DNA from: an uncultured Candidatus Rokubacteria bacterium
GTDB lineage: Bacteria > Methylomirabilota > Methylomirabilia > Rokubacteriales > CSP1-6
Direction of reading: 5' to 3'
Assembly: GCA_963758635.1 (NCBI GenBank)
Contig: CAVWWD010000008.1
Location: 352,001 to 416,000, forward strand
DNA: 64,000 bases
In this document: positions 10,545-20,187 of the stretch, in pieces
How positions within the stretch are numbered: the stretch's first letter is position 1
How the letters are laid out: every line of letters starts with the position of its first letter
Made by a program: the position numbers and the translations under genes
The notes under the pieces: generated by a model
Databases searched by the model: none
Told to the model about the DNA's origin: nothing
What the model saw: only the letters and a program-made list of their open reading frames with translations

Positions 10545-11827
10545 GCGTGGCGCTTCCGCCTCCCGACCACGACGTCCTCGTGGTGGGTGGCGGCCCGGCG
10601 GGCGCGACCGCCGCCACCTTCCTGGCCCGCGGCGGCCTCTCGGTGGCCCTCACCGAGCGCGAGCCGTTCCCGCGCTTCCACGTCGGCGAGTCGCTCCTAC
10701 CCGCCAACCTGCCGCTGCTCGAGCGCATGGGCGTGCTCGAGCGCATCGCCGGCCACGGATTCCTGAAGAAGTACGGGGCGGCGTTCCACGACCAGGAGAC
10801 CGGGCTCGAGCACACGTTCTACTTCCGTGAGGGGAAGCCGTGGCCGCCGTGGAGCTACGAGGTGCCGCGCGCGGAGTTCGACCGGATCCTGCTCGAGCAC
10901 GCGGTGGCCCAGCCCGGCGTGCACCTGCTCCAGCCCGTGACGGTGCGGGAGGCGACGTTCGACGCGGGCGGCGTGACCGTGCAGCTCCGTGCGCCCCAGG
11001 GCGAGCGGACGGTCCGCGCGCGGTTCCTCGTGGACGCGAGCGGGCGCGACGGCTTCCTGGCCTCGCGCCAGGGGCGGCGGGCGCCCGTGCCCGGGCTCGG
11101 CAAGGTGGCGGTGTTCGCCCACTTCCGCGGCGCGCGCCGGTGGCCGGGCCGGGAGGAGGGCAACATCCGGATCTACGTGTTCGAGGACGGCTGGTTCTGG
11201 TGGATCCCCTTCGCCGGAGACGTGACGAGCGTGGGGTGCGTGCTCCACTCGCGCGCCGTGCGCGACCGCGAGAGCTCGATGGAGGCGCTGTTCGAGACCA
11301 TGATCGGCCGGTGCCGCCGCGTGGCCGAGGGCCTGGCCGGCTCGGAGCGGGTCACGCCCGTCCACACCGCGGCGAACTTCTCGTACCGCGTGGACCCGGT
11401 AGCGGGCGACCGTTTCGTCTGCGTGGGCGACGCGGTGACGTTCATGGACCCGATCTTCTCCACCGGCGTGTTCATCGCCATGCAGTCCGCGGAGCTCGCC
11501 GCGGCGCGGGTCGTCGGGGCGTTCCGCGACGACCGCTTCGAGGCCGCGCGCTTCGCCGGCTACGAGCGGCGGTTCCGGAAGGGCACCGCGCCGTTCTTCC
11601 GCTTCATCCGCGGCTACTACGATCCCGCCTTCCTCGAGGTCTTCCTGCGCCCGAGCGAGGCCTTCGCGATGCTCGACTCGGTGACGGGGGTGCTCGCCGG
11701 CGGAGGCTTCGTCTCGATGCCGCTCCGCATGCGGCTGTCGCTCATGCTCTTCTTCGCCATCGTCTCCGCCAACCGCTGGCGCCGCCGGCGCGGCGGCCGG
11801 CCCAGCGAGTCGAGACTGGAGTGGTAG
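10541..11827 (+). CDS. FAD-dependent oxidoreductase of the flavin-dependent halogenase family
   Basis: GGGPAG, FHVGES, FLKKYGA, WFWWIP (WxWxIP) and GDA..FMDPIFSTG. Confidence 0.85.
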   Translation: MSVALPPPDHDVLVVGGGPAGATAATFLARGGLSVALTEREPFPRFHVGESLLPANLPLLERMGVLERIAGHGFLKKYGAAFHDQETGLEHTFYFREGKPWPPWSYEVPRAEFDRILLEHAVAQPGVHLLQPVTVREATFDAGGVTVQLRAPQGERTVRARFLVDASGRDGFLASRQGRRAPVPGLGKVAVFAHFRGARRWPGREEGNIRIYVFEDGWFWWIPFAGDVTSVGCVLHSRAVRDRESSMEALFETMIGRCRRVAEGLAGSERVTPVHTAANFSYRVDPVAGDRFVCVGDAVTFMDPIFSTGVFIAMQSAELAAARVVGAFRDDRFEAARFAGYERRFRKGTAPFFRFIRGYYDPAFLEVFLRPSEAFAMLDSVTGVLAGGGFVSMPLRMRLSLMLFFAIVSANRWRRRRGGRPSESRLEW

Positions 11828-13017
11828 CGGCCGGGCGCCTCCGCGCGCTCCTCCCGCGCGGCTACCTCTTCACCGTCCTCGGCATCGCGGTGGGCGTGGC
11901 CGGACTGGTCGCGCTCGGGGCGATGGCCGAGCGCATCACGCGCTTCATCGACGGCGGCGACCGCTTCGTCCTCGGGCAGATCTCCGTGGCCGGCGAGGGG
12001 ATGGGGATGGGCGCGGGCTTCACGGCGGGCGGCCTCCTCACCTCGGCCAAGATCGCCGAGATCGCCGCGGTGCCCGGCGTGGCCGCGGTGCAGGCGCAGG
12101 TGATGCTGCCGATCAGCACCAGCACGTCGCACTTCCTGACGCTGACCCAGGAGCTGGTGATGGGCATGGACCCGGCCTCGCCCATGGCCAACCGGCACTA
12201 CCGCGAGCTCCACGTGCGCGCGGGCCGCTTCCTCGCGCCGGGCGATCGCGGCGTGGTCGTCGTGGGTGCGGACTTCGCGGCGGCGCGGAACCTCTCGGTG
12301 GGGAGCCGGCTGCCCATCGCCGGCCTCGAGTTCACGGTGGCGGGCATCCTCGACAAGACGCTGACCGCGCCCGACCGCTTCGCCATCGTGCCGCTCGATG
12401 ACGCGCGCGACCTGTGGCTGCGCCGCGACCCGCTCCTGATCCAGGTCTTCGCGGCCGGGCGCCTGACCCGCGCCGACCTCAACTCCGGCGCCGCCGTCGG
12501 CTGGGCCCCGGGCGAGGACCCCGACGCCCTCGCGCGGCGGATCCAGGCCACCGTCAAGGGCGTCAACGTCACCATCCCCGGCGAGCTGTCGCGCCTGCTG
12601 CGCCAGTCCACCGCGTTCTTCTCGGCCCTGCTCCTCGGGATGGCCGTGCTCGGCCTCGTCATCGGCGGCCTGTCGCTCTCCAACACGGTGACCGCCGCGG
12701 TGTTCGAGCGGCTGCGCGACTTCGGCATCAAGCGCGCGCTCGGCGCCACGGACGGCGACCTGCTGCGCGAGGTGGCGGGCGAGGCGGTGGGCGTGAGCCT
12801 CTGGGGCAGCGCGGTGGGCGTGGCGCTCGCGCTGGCCGTCGGCACGCTCGTGGACAGCCGCGTCCTGCGCGACGGCCAGCAGCTCTTCCTGTTCTCGCCG
12901 CGGCTCCTCGTCTTCGCGCTGGTCTTCGCCGTGGTCCTCGGGCTCGCCGCCGCCACCTACGCGACGCTGCGCATCGTCCGGCTCTCGCCCGCCGACGCCA
13001 TCCGGCGCGGCGCGTGA
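11821..13017 (+). CDS. ABC transporter permease, MacB/FtsX family
   Basis: N-terminal TM, periplasmic loop, [13 protein letters not shown] motif and 3 C-terminal TMs. Confidence 0.85.
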   Translation: MVAAGRLRALLPRGYLFTVLGIAVGVAGLVALGAMAERITRFIDGGDRFVLGQISVAGEGMGMGAGFTAGGLLTSAKIAEIAAVPGVAAVQAQVMLPISTSTSHFLTLTQELVMGMDPASPMANRHYRELHVRAGRFLAPGDRGVVVVGADFAAARNLSVGSRLPIAGLEFTVAGILDKTLTAPDRFAIVPLDDARDLWLRRDPLLIQVFAAGRLTRADLNSGAAVGWAPGEDPDALARRIQATVKGVNVTIPGELSRLLRQSTAFFSALLLGMAVLGLVIGGLSLSNTVTAAVFERLRDFGIKRALGATDGDLLREVAGEAVGVSLWGSAVGVALALAVGTLVDSRVLRDGQQLFLFSPRLLVFALVFAVVLGLAAATYATLRIVRLSPADAIRRGA

Positions 13018-13030
13018 GGGCGCGACCGGC

Positions 13031-13683
13031 ATGGTGATCCGCGCCGCGGGCATCGAGAAGGCCTACCGCGGCGCGGGGGCCGAGCCCGTGCGCGTGCTGC
13101 GCGGGGTGGACCTCACGGTGAAGGGGGGCGAGGTGCTGGCCGTGGTCGGGCCCTCGGGCTCGGGGAAGTCCACGCTCCTGAACCTGCTCGGCCTGCTCGA
13201 GCCCCCCGACGCCGGCGAGATCTGGTTCGACGCCACGCGCGTCAGCCATCTCTCCCGCCGGGCCCAGTGCCGGGTGCGCGGCGAGTCGATCGGCTACGTG
13301 TTCCAGTCGTTCCTGCTCATCGAGCGGCTCACCGCGCTGGACAACGTCGTGCTCGCCGCGCGCTACGTCGGGCGCGACCGGGCCGCCGCCCGTCGCGAGG
13401 CGGTCCAGTGGATGGAACGGCTCGGCGTCGCCCATCGCCAGGACCACTTCCCCTCGCAGCTCTCCGGGGGGAGCAGCAGCGCGTGGCCTTCTGCCGGGCC
13501 GTGCTGAACCGCCCGCCCCTCTTGCTCGCCGATGAACCTACTGGCAATCTTGACGACGATCATGCCCGCGTGATCCTGGACGAGCTGATCGCGCAGGCCC
13601 GGGAGCGCGCGAACGGCGGTGGTCCTCGTGACCCACCGCCCCGCCGCCGCGGCGGCGGCGAATCGATGCTTGCGGCTGACTGA
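13031..13683 (+). CDS. ABC transporter ATP-binding protein (LolD/MacB type); indels
   Basis: [18 protein letters not shown] and [11 protein letters not shown]. Confidence 0.9.
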
Positions 13684-14081
13684 TTTGCGAAGCGAGCCGT
13701 AGGCGAGCGGAGCGTATATGGAAATGATCTGGAAACCACCGCAGCGCGCCTGTGCGAGAGCGGAGCGCATATGGAAATGATCTGGAAACCACCGCAGCGC
13801 GCCTGTGCGAGAGCGGAGCGCATATGGAAATGATCTGGAAACCACCGCAGCGCGCCTGTGCGAGAGCGGAGCGTATATGGAAATGATCTGGAAACCACCG
13901 CAGCGCGCCTGTGCGAGAGCGGAGCGTATATGGAAATGATCTGGAAACCACCGCAGCGCGCCTGTGCGAGAGTGGAGCGCACATGGAAATGATGTGGAAC
14001 CGACCGCAGAGCGCCCTAGCCTTGCGCAGCGAGCCGAAGGCGAGCGGAGCGTATATGGAAATGCCGTGGAAACCACCGCAG
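13684..14081 (+). repeat. repeat family 1 tandem array: head + six cores at 53-bp period, then a second head + seventh core
   Basis: atggaaatg starts at 13718, 13771, 13824, 13877, 13930, 13983 and 14055; unit gagcggagcgYatatggaaatgatctggaaaccaccgcagcgcgcctgtgcga. Confidence 0.97.
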
Positions 14082-14084
14082 AGC

Positions 14085-14633
14085 GTGAAGACGAGGCGGC
14101 TACCCGCGATCTCCGTCCTCGCGGCCGTGGTCGCCCTGGTGGCCCTGGCCCTCGCGAGCGTCCCGGACGCGTGGGCGCAGAGCAAGAACCCGCCCGGCGG
14201 CGGGGACTTCGGGACGCCCCCGAGTGGGAGCAAGGGCTCGTCCACGCCCGCCCCCGCGGCCCCGGCGCCCACCGCGTCGACCGGCGACGAGCGGACGCGG
14301 CTGTTCGCCGCGGCTCCCGAGCGCGTCTTCACCGTGGCGCGCTCGACGCTCCTGAGCCTGGGCTGGAAGGTCGACAAGGAAGATCGCGACGTGGGCTGGC
14401 TCCTCACGAAGTCGCGCGGCGTCAACGGCGAGGACTTCGGCGTCTACGCCAAGGGCACCAAGCACCGGCTCCGCGTGCTCGTGAAGGGGCGCGACGGCCG
14501 CAGCGAGGTCACGGTGGAGCGCCGCCTGTGGAAGGAGGAGCGGATCCTCTTCGTGGACAAGGAAGAGGACATCGCCACCAGCGATCGAACGGTCGAGCGC
14601 CGCGTCCTCGACGCCATCGCCCAGGGGCTCTGA
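14085..14633 (+). CDS. exported hypothetical protein (alternative in-frame ATG at 14055 inside the repeat)
   Basis: Signal peptide ending AWA, Pro-rich linker, GC3-biased globular domain. Confidence 0.7.
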   Translation: MKTRRLPAISVLAAVVALVALALASVPDAWAQSKNPPGGGDFGTPPSGSKGSSTPAPAAPAPTASTGDERTRLFAAAPERVFTVARSTLLSLGWKVDKEDRDVGWLLTKSRGVNGEDFGVYAKGTKHRLRVLVKGRDGRSEVTVERRLWKEERILFVDKEEDIATSDRTVERRVLDAIAQGL

Positions 14634-14637
14634 GGCC

Positions 14638-16692
14638 CTGAGGGCGTCTTCTGCCGGCGCGGCGCCTTCCGCCGGCAGGTGGGCGGCGACCGGTGCCGCG
14701 CCCCTCCTCGCGCTGCTCCTGCTCCTGCCCGCCCTCGGGGCCTTCCCGTTCGACGATCCCGGCGAGGGGCAGCACGCCGAGATCGCGCGCGAGGCCTGGA
14801 CGAGCGGAGACTGGCTGACCCTCCGCCTGAACGGCGTCCGGTACCTCGACAAGCCGCCGCTCCTCTATGCGGGCATCGCGGGAGCCTTCGGCCTGTGGGG
14901 CCCGAGCGAGTGGGCGGCGCGGCTGCCGGCCGTGCTCGGGGCGGTGGCGGCGGTGGCGGCCACCGCGGTGCTCGGCGGTCGGCTCCTGGGATCCGCCGCT
15001 GGTCTCGCCGCCGGGGCGGCGCTCCTGGGGTCGATCCTCTTCGTGGCGTTCGCACGCTACGTCCGGCCCGAGACCCTCTTCGTCGCGGCCCTCCAGTGGG
15101 GGCTCACCGGCCTTCTGGTCGGTGGCCTTTCGAAGGGAGCCGGTGGCTTTGCGAAGCGAGCCGATGGCTTTGCGAAGCGAGCCGAAGGCGAGCGGAGCGC
15201 ACCCAAAAATGCCTTAGAAAACACCTTAAACCAAGAAGCTACCTCAGAAACCACTGCGGCGCCCTATCGCCACCTCTATCGTGCCGCGCGCGCCTGGCAC
15301 CTGATCGCTGGCGCCGCCCTCGGCCTGGCCGCGCTCGCGAAGGACCCGCTCGGCCTCGTGGCGCCGCTCGCGGTCGTGGCGCTGGCCGGCGCCGGCGTGC
15401 GCCCCCGGCCGCCCCGGCGATGGTGGTCGCCCGGCGCGATCGTGGTGGCGCTGGTCGTGGGCCTCGGCTGGTACGTCTTCGCCGCCCTCGCGAGCCCGGG
15501 GTTCGTCTGGTACACGGTGGTCGACAACCACCTGCTGAACGCGGCGCGTGCCCGGCGGTTCCCCGACGAGGACGTGCCGCTATCGTCTCTCGAGTTCCTG
15601 GCCGTCTCGGGTCTCGGCGCCTTTCCGTGGGTGTTCGGCGCTGCCGCGTCGGTCGCGGCGCTCGTCCAGCGTCGAGCCTGGCGGGATCCCGCGGAGACGC
15701 CGTGGGTGGCGCTCGCCCTCTGGGCTACCGGGGTGCTCGCTGTTTTCGCGCTCTCGCCGTTCAAGCTTCCGCACTACGGGCTGCCCGCCTATCCCGCGAT
15801 CGCGCTCCTCGCCGTCCGCTGGTGGATGGCCCCGGGTCGGGGCCGCCCCGGCATCGCCGTCCACGCGGCCGCGTTCGCCGCCCTTGCCGTGCTGTGCGGC
15901 GGCGCCGCGGCGGGCGACGGGCGGCTCTTCTCGGACACCGTGCTCTCGGCCACCGACGTGGCGACGCGGAAGGAGGAGGCGGCCGGCGCGGCGGGCGCGC
16001 CCGCCATCGCCTGGGCGGACCTCCAGCCCATGCTCGCGCGTTTCGCGATCGTGTTCGGCGCCGGGGCGGCCGGTCTCGCGCTGGCGACGGCGCGGCGCTC
16101 GCCGCGGCTGGGCCTGGCCGTGACGCTCGCCACGATGCTCGCGTGCGTGCCCGCGGTGAGCGCCGGCCTCGCCCACGTGGCGTCCGGCCGGTCCGTGCGG
16201 GAGCTGGCCCTGGCCGTGTCGCGGGAGGCGGGACCGGGGACCCTGGTGCTCCACGAGGGGCCGATCGAGCAGTCCGGGGCGCTCGAGTTCTATTCCGGGC
16301 GCCGCCCGATCCTGGTCGACGGGACACGGAGCGTGCTCGGTTTCGGCGCGAGCTTCGCCGATGCCTCCGAGCAGTTCTGGGACCGGACCCGCCTCGAGCG
16401 CGAGTGGGTGTCGGGCCGTCCGATGCTTCTCGTCACCCCGCGGGCGCCCGCGCGGAGCGTGGTCGGCAGCCTGCCCGCGGATCGCGTTCGGCTCGTGCTC
16501 GAGGACAACGGCCGGCGCCTCTACGCGTCGCGGGCGCCGGCCCCGCGCCGCCGGTTGCGACGACGCAGGGCGCGGGCGGGCGAAGCCCGGGCGCCCGGCG
16601 CCGGCGGTTGCGACGACGCAGGGCGCGGGCGGGCGAAGCCCGGGCGCCCGCGCCTGATGTTGCGGCCTCGTCGGCCCGTGGAGTACGGTTGA
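14638..16692 (+). CDS. ArnT/PMT-family (GT-C) glycosyltransferase; start uncertain
   Basis: DPGEGQHAEIARE, YLDKPPL, SEWAARLP, LAKDPLG and KLPHYGLP; frame is open upstream of the 14932 call. Confidence 0.85.
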   Translation: MRASSAGAAPSAGRWAATGAAPLLALLLLLPALGAFPFDDPGEGQHAEIAREAWTSGDWLTLRLNGVRYLDKPPLLYAGIAGAFGLWGPSEWAARLPAVLGAVAAVAATAVLGGRLLGSAAGLAAGAALLGSILFVAFARYVRPETLFVAALQWGLTGLLVGGLSKGAGGFAKRADGFAKRAEGERSAPKNALENTLNQEATSETTAAPYRHLYRAARAWHLIAGAALGLAALAKDPLGLVAPLAVVALAGAGVRPRPPRRWWSPGAIVVALVVGLGWYVFAALASPGFVWYTVVDNHLLNAARARRFPDEDVPLSSLEFLAVSGLGAFPWVFGAAASVAALVQRRAWRDPAETPWVALALWATGVLAVFALSPFKLPHYGLPAYPAIALLAVRWWMAPGRGRPGIAVHAAAFAALAVLCGGAAAGDGRLFSDTVLSATDVATRKEEAAGAAGAPAIAWADLQPMLARFAIVFGAGAAGLALATARRSPRLGLAVTLATMLACVPAVSAGLAHVASGRSVRELALAVSREAGPGTLVLHEGPIEQSGALEFYSGRRPILVDGTRSVLGFGASFADASEQFWDRTRLEREWVSGRPMLLVTPRAPARSVVGSLPADRVRLVLEDNGRRLYASRAPAPRRRLRRRRARAGEARAPGAGGCDDAGRGRAKPGRPRLMLRPRRPVEYG
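15121..15258 (+). repeat. repeat family 1 copy inserted in frame in the ArnT-like gene
   Basis: Three 21-bp tandem units (ggtggctttgcgaagcgagcc-like), then gccgaaggcgagcggagcgc and a degenerate core aaatgccttagaaaacacc; AT-rich relative to flanks. Confidence 0.85.
16546..16654 (+). repeat. repeat family 2 (REP-like palindrome), two tandem copies 53 bp apart
   Basis: cggttgcgacgacgcagggcgcgggcgggcgaagcccgggcgcccg at 16552 and 16605. Confidence 0.9.
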
Positions 16693-16696
16693 GCCC

Positions 16697-18127
16697 GTGA
16701 CCGACTACCTGCGCACGCTATTCCTGCACCCTCCCTCGTACGAGGGCTTCGACGGTGGTGCAGGCTCGCGCTACCAGGCCCGGCGGGAGGTGCGCTCGTT
16801 CTGGTACCCGACCTGGCTGGCCCAGGTGGCGGCGCTGGTGCCGGGATCCCGCCTCGTCGACGCGCCCCCCGCTGGCCTCGGCCTCGCCGACGTCGTCCCG
16901 ATGGCGCGGGAGTACGACCTCTGCGTGATGCACACGAGCACGCCGTCGTTCGCCTCCGACGTGCGCGTGGCGGAGGCGCTCAAGGCCGAGAACCCGGAGC
17001 TCGTCGTGGGCATGGTGGGGGCGGCGGTCGCCGTCGCGCCCGAGGCGTCGCTCCGGGCTTCCTCCGCGCTCGGCTTCGTGGCCCGCGAGGAGTTCGACTT
17101 CACCATCCAGGAGGTGGCCCAGGGCCGGCCGCTCGGCCAGGTGGCCGGGCTCTCCTACCGCGTCAACGGACATGTCGAGCACACGCCGCCCCGGCCCGTG
17201 CTCGAGGACATGGACGCGCTCCCGTTCGTCACCCCGGTCTACGCCCGGGACCTCACCGTGGAGCACTACGCGGTGGGCTACCTCGAGCATCCCTACGTGT
17301 CGCTCTACACGGGGCGCGGCTGCCGGTCGAAGTGCACGTTCTGCCTGTGGCCGCAGACGGTGGGGGGACATCGCTACCGCACCCGGAGCCCGGAGCACGT
17401 CGCCGAGGAGATCGCGCTCGCCACGCGCCTCTTCCCGCAGGTGCGGGAGTTCTTCTTCGACGACGACACGTTCACGGACGACCTTCGGCGCGCGGAGGAG
17501 ATCGCGCGGCGCCTCGGGCGCCTGGGCGTGACGTGGTCCACCAACGCCAAGGCCAACGTGCCCTACGCGACGATGAAGGTCCTGCGCGACAACGGGCTGC
17601 GGCTGCTCCTCGTGGGCTACGAGTCGGGCGACCAGGCCATCCTGAACCGCGTGCGCAAGGGCATCCGCCTCGACGTGGCCCGCCGCTTCACGCGCGAGGC
17701 GAAGTCCCTCGGCATCACGATCCACGGCACGTTCATCCTCGGCCTGCCCGGCGAGACGCGCGAGACCATCCGCGAGACGATCGCCTTCGCGCGCGAGATC
17801 GATCCCCACACCATCCAGGTGTCGCTGGCCGCGCCGTACCCCGGGACCGCGCTCTACGAGGAGGCCCGGGACAACGGCTGGCTGCAGGGCGAGACGCTGG
17901 TGGACGGGACGGGCACGCAGGTCAGCGCGCTCGGCTACCCGCACCTCTCGCGCGACGAGATCTACCGCGCGATGGACGCCTTTTACCGCGCGTTCTACTT
18001 CCGGCCCCGCAAGGTGATCTCGCTCGTTGCCGAGATGGCGCGCGACCGCCGGGTGCTGCGGCGCCGCCTCGCCGAGGGCCGCGAGTTCCTGCGGTTCCTG
18101 CGCCGCGCGCGTACGTCCGCCACATGA
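16697..18127 (+). CDS. hpnJ: hopanoid biosynthesis-associated radical SAM protein HpnJ
   Basis: FDGGAGSRYQARRE..SFWYPTWLAQ N-terminus and GRGCRSKCTFCLWPQT (CxxxCxxC). Confidence 0.93.
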   Translation: MTDYLRTLFLHPPSYEGFDGGAGSRYQARREVRSFWYPTWLAQVAALVPGSRLVDAPPAGLGLADVVPMAREYDLCVMHTSTPSFASDVRVAEALKAENPELVVGMVGAAVAVAPEASLRASSALGFVAREEFDFTIQEVAQGRPLGQVAGLSYRVNGHVEHTPPRPVLEDMDALPFVTPVYARDLTVEHYAVGYLEHPYVSLYTGRGCRSKCTFCLWPQTVGGHRYRTRSPEHVAEEIALATRLFPQVREFFFDDDTFTDDLRRAEEIARRLGRLGVTWSTNAKANVPYATMKVLRDNGLRLLLVGYESGDQAILNRVRKGIRLDVARRFTREAKSLGITIHGTFILGLPGETRETIRETIAFAREIDPHTIQVSLAAPYPGTALYEEARDNGWLQGETLVDGTGTQVSALGYPHLSRDEIYRAMDAFYRAFYFRPRKVISLVAEMARDRRVLRRRLAEGREFLRFLRRARTSAT

Positions 18128-19713
18128 AGGTCCTCGTCATCGACGCGATCGCCCGCGAGGGCATCGACTTCCTCACCGCGCGCGGCTTCCAGGTGGACCA
18201 GGTCGCGAGCACGCTGCCCGCCGCCGACCTCCACGCGCGGCTCGCCGACTACGAGGCCATCATCACCCGTTCGTCGACGACGGTGACGCCGGCGTTCCTC
18301 GCCCACGCGCGCCGGCTGCGCATCCTGGGCCGCGCCGGCGTGGGCGTGGACAACATCGACGTCGACGCCTGCTCCCGGCAGGGCGTGATGGTGGTCAACG
18401 CGCCCCACGGCAACGTCGTCTCCGCGGCCGAGCACACCGTGGGCATGCTGCTCGCGCTCGTGCGGAAGATCGCGCCGGCCAACGAGCAGCTCAAGCGCCT
18501 CGCATGGGACCGCGGGATCTACGGCGCCGAGCTCTTCCGCAAGACGGTGGGGGTGATCGGCCTCGGCAAGGTGGGCTCGCGCGTGGCCGCGCGCCTCCGG
18601 GGCTTCGAGATGGAGGTGCTCGTCTACGATCCCTACATCCCGGAGGGCCGCGCCCGCGACCTCGGCGTCCGCCTGACCGACCTCGGGACCCTCCTCGCCC
18701 GCTCCGACGTGGTCACCGTGCACGTGCCGCTCAGCGACGAGACCGAGGACATGATCGCCGCGCGCGAGCTGGCGCTCATGAAGCCCGGCGTGCGCATCGT
18801 GAACTGCGCCCGCGGCGGCATCGTGAACGAGCGCGACCTGCTCGCCGCCCTCGCGTCCGGGCACGTCGCGGGCGCGGCCGTCGACGTGTGGAGCGAGGAG
18901 CCGCCGGTGTCGGACGTCCTCAAGCGGCTGATCGCCCATCCGAACGTCCTCGCGACCCCGCACCTCGGCGCGAACACGCAGGAGGCGCAGGTCAACGTGG
19001 CGGTGGACGTGGCCCGGCAGATCGCCGCGTTCCGCGACGGCGAGCTGGTCGAGCACGCGGTCAACGTGCCGGTGGGCGACCGGGAGGCGCTCGCCGAGCA
19101 GCGGCCGTTCCTCGCCCTCGCCGAGGTGCTCGGCCGCTTCTGCGTGCAGCTCGAGCGCGACAACGTCGAGCGGGTGGAGGTCGAGGTGGCCGGGCACGTG
19201 GGCCGCCGGGACCCCGAGCTGATCGCCCGCGCCGTCCTCACGGGCCTGTTCGCCGGCGTGACCGTGCAGGCGGTGAACCTGGTCAACGCGCACCTCGTCG
19301 CGCGCGATCGGGGGGTGACCCTCGCCGTGCGCACCGACGAAGAGGCGTCGGGCTACACGAACCTCGTCACCGTGACCACCCAGGCGGGGGAGAAGCGGAA
19401 GGTCATCGCGGGCACGGTGTTCGACGGCGTGCCCCGCATCGTCCGCCTGCGCGACCTCCACATCGAGTTCATCCCGGAGGGACACATCCTGGTGCTCTCC
19501 TACGAGGACCGCCCCGGCATGGTCGGACAAATCGGCTCGATCCTGGGCCGCCACAACGTGAACATCGCCTCGATGCACGTGGGCCGCCGCACCCGGCGCG
19601 GCAACGCCATCGTGGTGCTCCTGCTCGACGAGGACGTGACGCCCGAGGTCCTCGACGAGGTCACCAAGGGCGTGGACGCGGATTTCAGCCGCGTCGTGCG
19701 GCTCGGCCCGTGA
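18124..19713 (+). CDS. serA: D-3-phosphoglycerate dehydrogenase (ASB + ACT domains)
   Basis: GRAGVGVDNID, GLGKVG, NCARGG, TPHLGA and DRPGMVG. Confidence 0.93.
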   Translation: MKVLVIDAIAREGIDFLTARGFQVDQVASTLPAADLHARLADYEAIITRSSTTVTPAFLAHARRLRILGRAGVGVDNIDVDACSRQGVMVVNAPHGNVVSAAEHTVGMLLALVRKIAPANEQLKRLAWDRGIYGAELFRKTVGVIGLGKVGSRVAARLRGFEMEVLVYDPYIPEGRARDLGVRLTDLGTLLARSDVVTVHVPLSDETEDMIAARELALMKPGVRIVNCARGGIVNERDLLAALASGHVAGAAVDVWSEEPPVSDVLKRLIAHPNVLATPHLGANTQEAQVNVAVDVARQIAAFRDGELVEHAVNVPVGDREALAEQRPFLALAEVLGRFCVQLERDNVERVEVEVAGHVGRRDPELIARAVLTGLFAGVTVQAVNLVNAHLVARDRGVTLAVRTDEEASGYTNLVTVTTQAGEKRKVIAGTVFDGVPRIVRLRDLHIEFIPEGHILVLSYEDRPGMVGQIGSILGRHNVNIASMHVGRRTRRGNAIVVLLLDEDVTPEVLDEVTKGVDADFSRVVRLGP

Positions 19714-20141
19714 GCCCGCGCGCGCCTGCGTCCCGTCCCCGGCGGCGCGCCGCCGCGCCGCGCCCGTCGGGCTTCGAGCCCCGGCCCTGGGGCGGGTTCG
19801 AGACCCTCGAGGCTGGCCCCGGCTACCAGGTCAAGCGGCTCGTCGTGGAGCCCGGGCATCGCTTCAGCTACCAGAAGCACCACATCCGCTCCGAGCACTG
19901 GGTGGTGGTCGCGGGCTCGCCCGCGGTGATCCTGAACGGACGGCGGCGCCGCCTGCGGCCGCGACAGAGCATCGACATCCCGCGCGGCGCCTGGCATCGG
20001 GCGGAGAACCCCGGGCGCGTGCCCGTCGTCATCATCGAGGTCCAGCACGGCTCGTATCTGGGCGAGGACGACATCGTCCGGCGCCAGGACGACTACGGCC
20101 GGGCCGCCGCCGCTCCCGCCCCCCGCCGCGCGGGGCGCTGA
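19710..20141 (+). CDS. type II phosphomannose isomerase C-terminal cupin protein
   Basis: RPWG, QVKRL, YQKH..RSEHW and IEVQ.GSYLGEDDIVR..DDYGR. Confidence 0.88.
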   Translation: MSPRAPASRPRRRAAAPRPSGFEPRPWGGFETLEAGPGYQVKRLVVEPGHRFSYQKHHIRSEHWVVVAGSPAVILNGRRRRLRPRQSIDIPRGAWHRAENPGRVPVVIIEVQHGSYLGEDDIVRRQDDYGRAAAAPAPRRAGR

Positions 20142-20187
20142 CCGAACACTCCCCGCGGCGCAGCCGCACACCGAACGGAGGTCGGCC

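Noticed and set aside
13684..14081. CRISPR array
   Set aside because: Sequences between the conserved cores are identical rather than unique spacers, there are no cas genes in the window, and the same motif is dispersed elsewhere.
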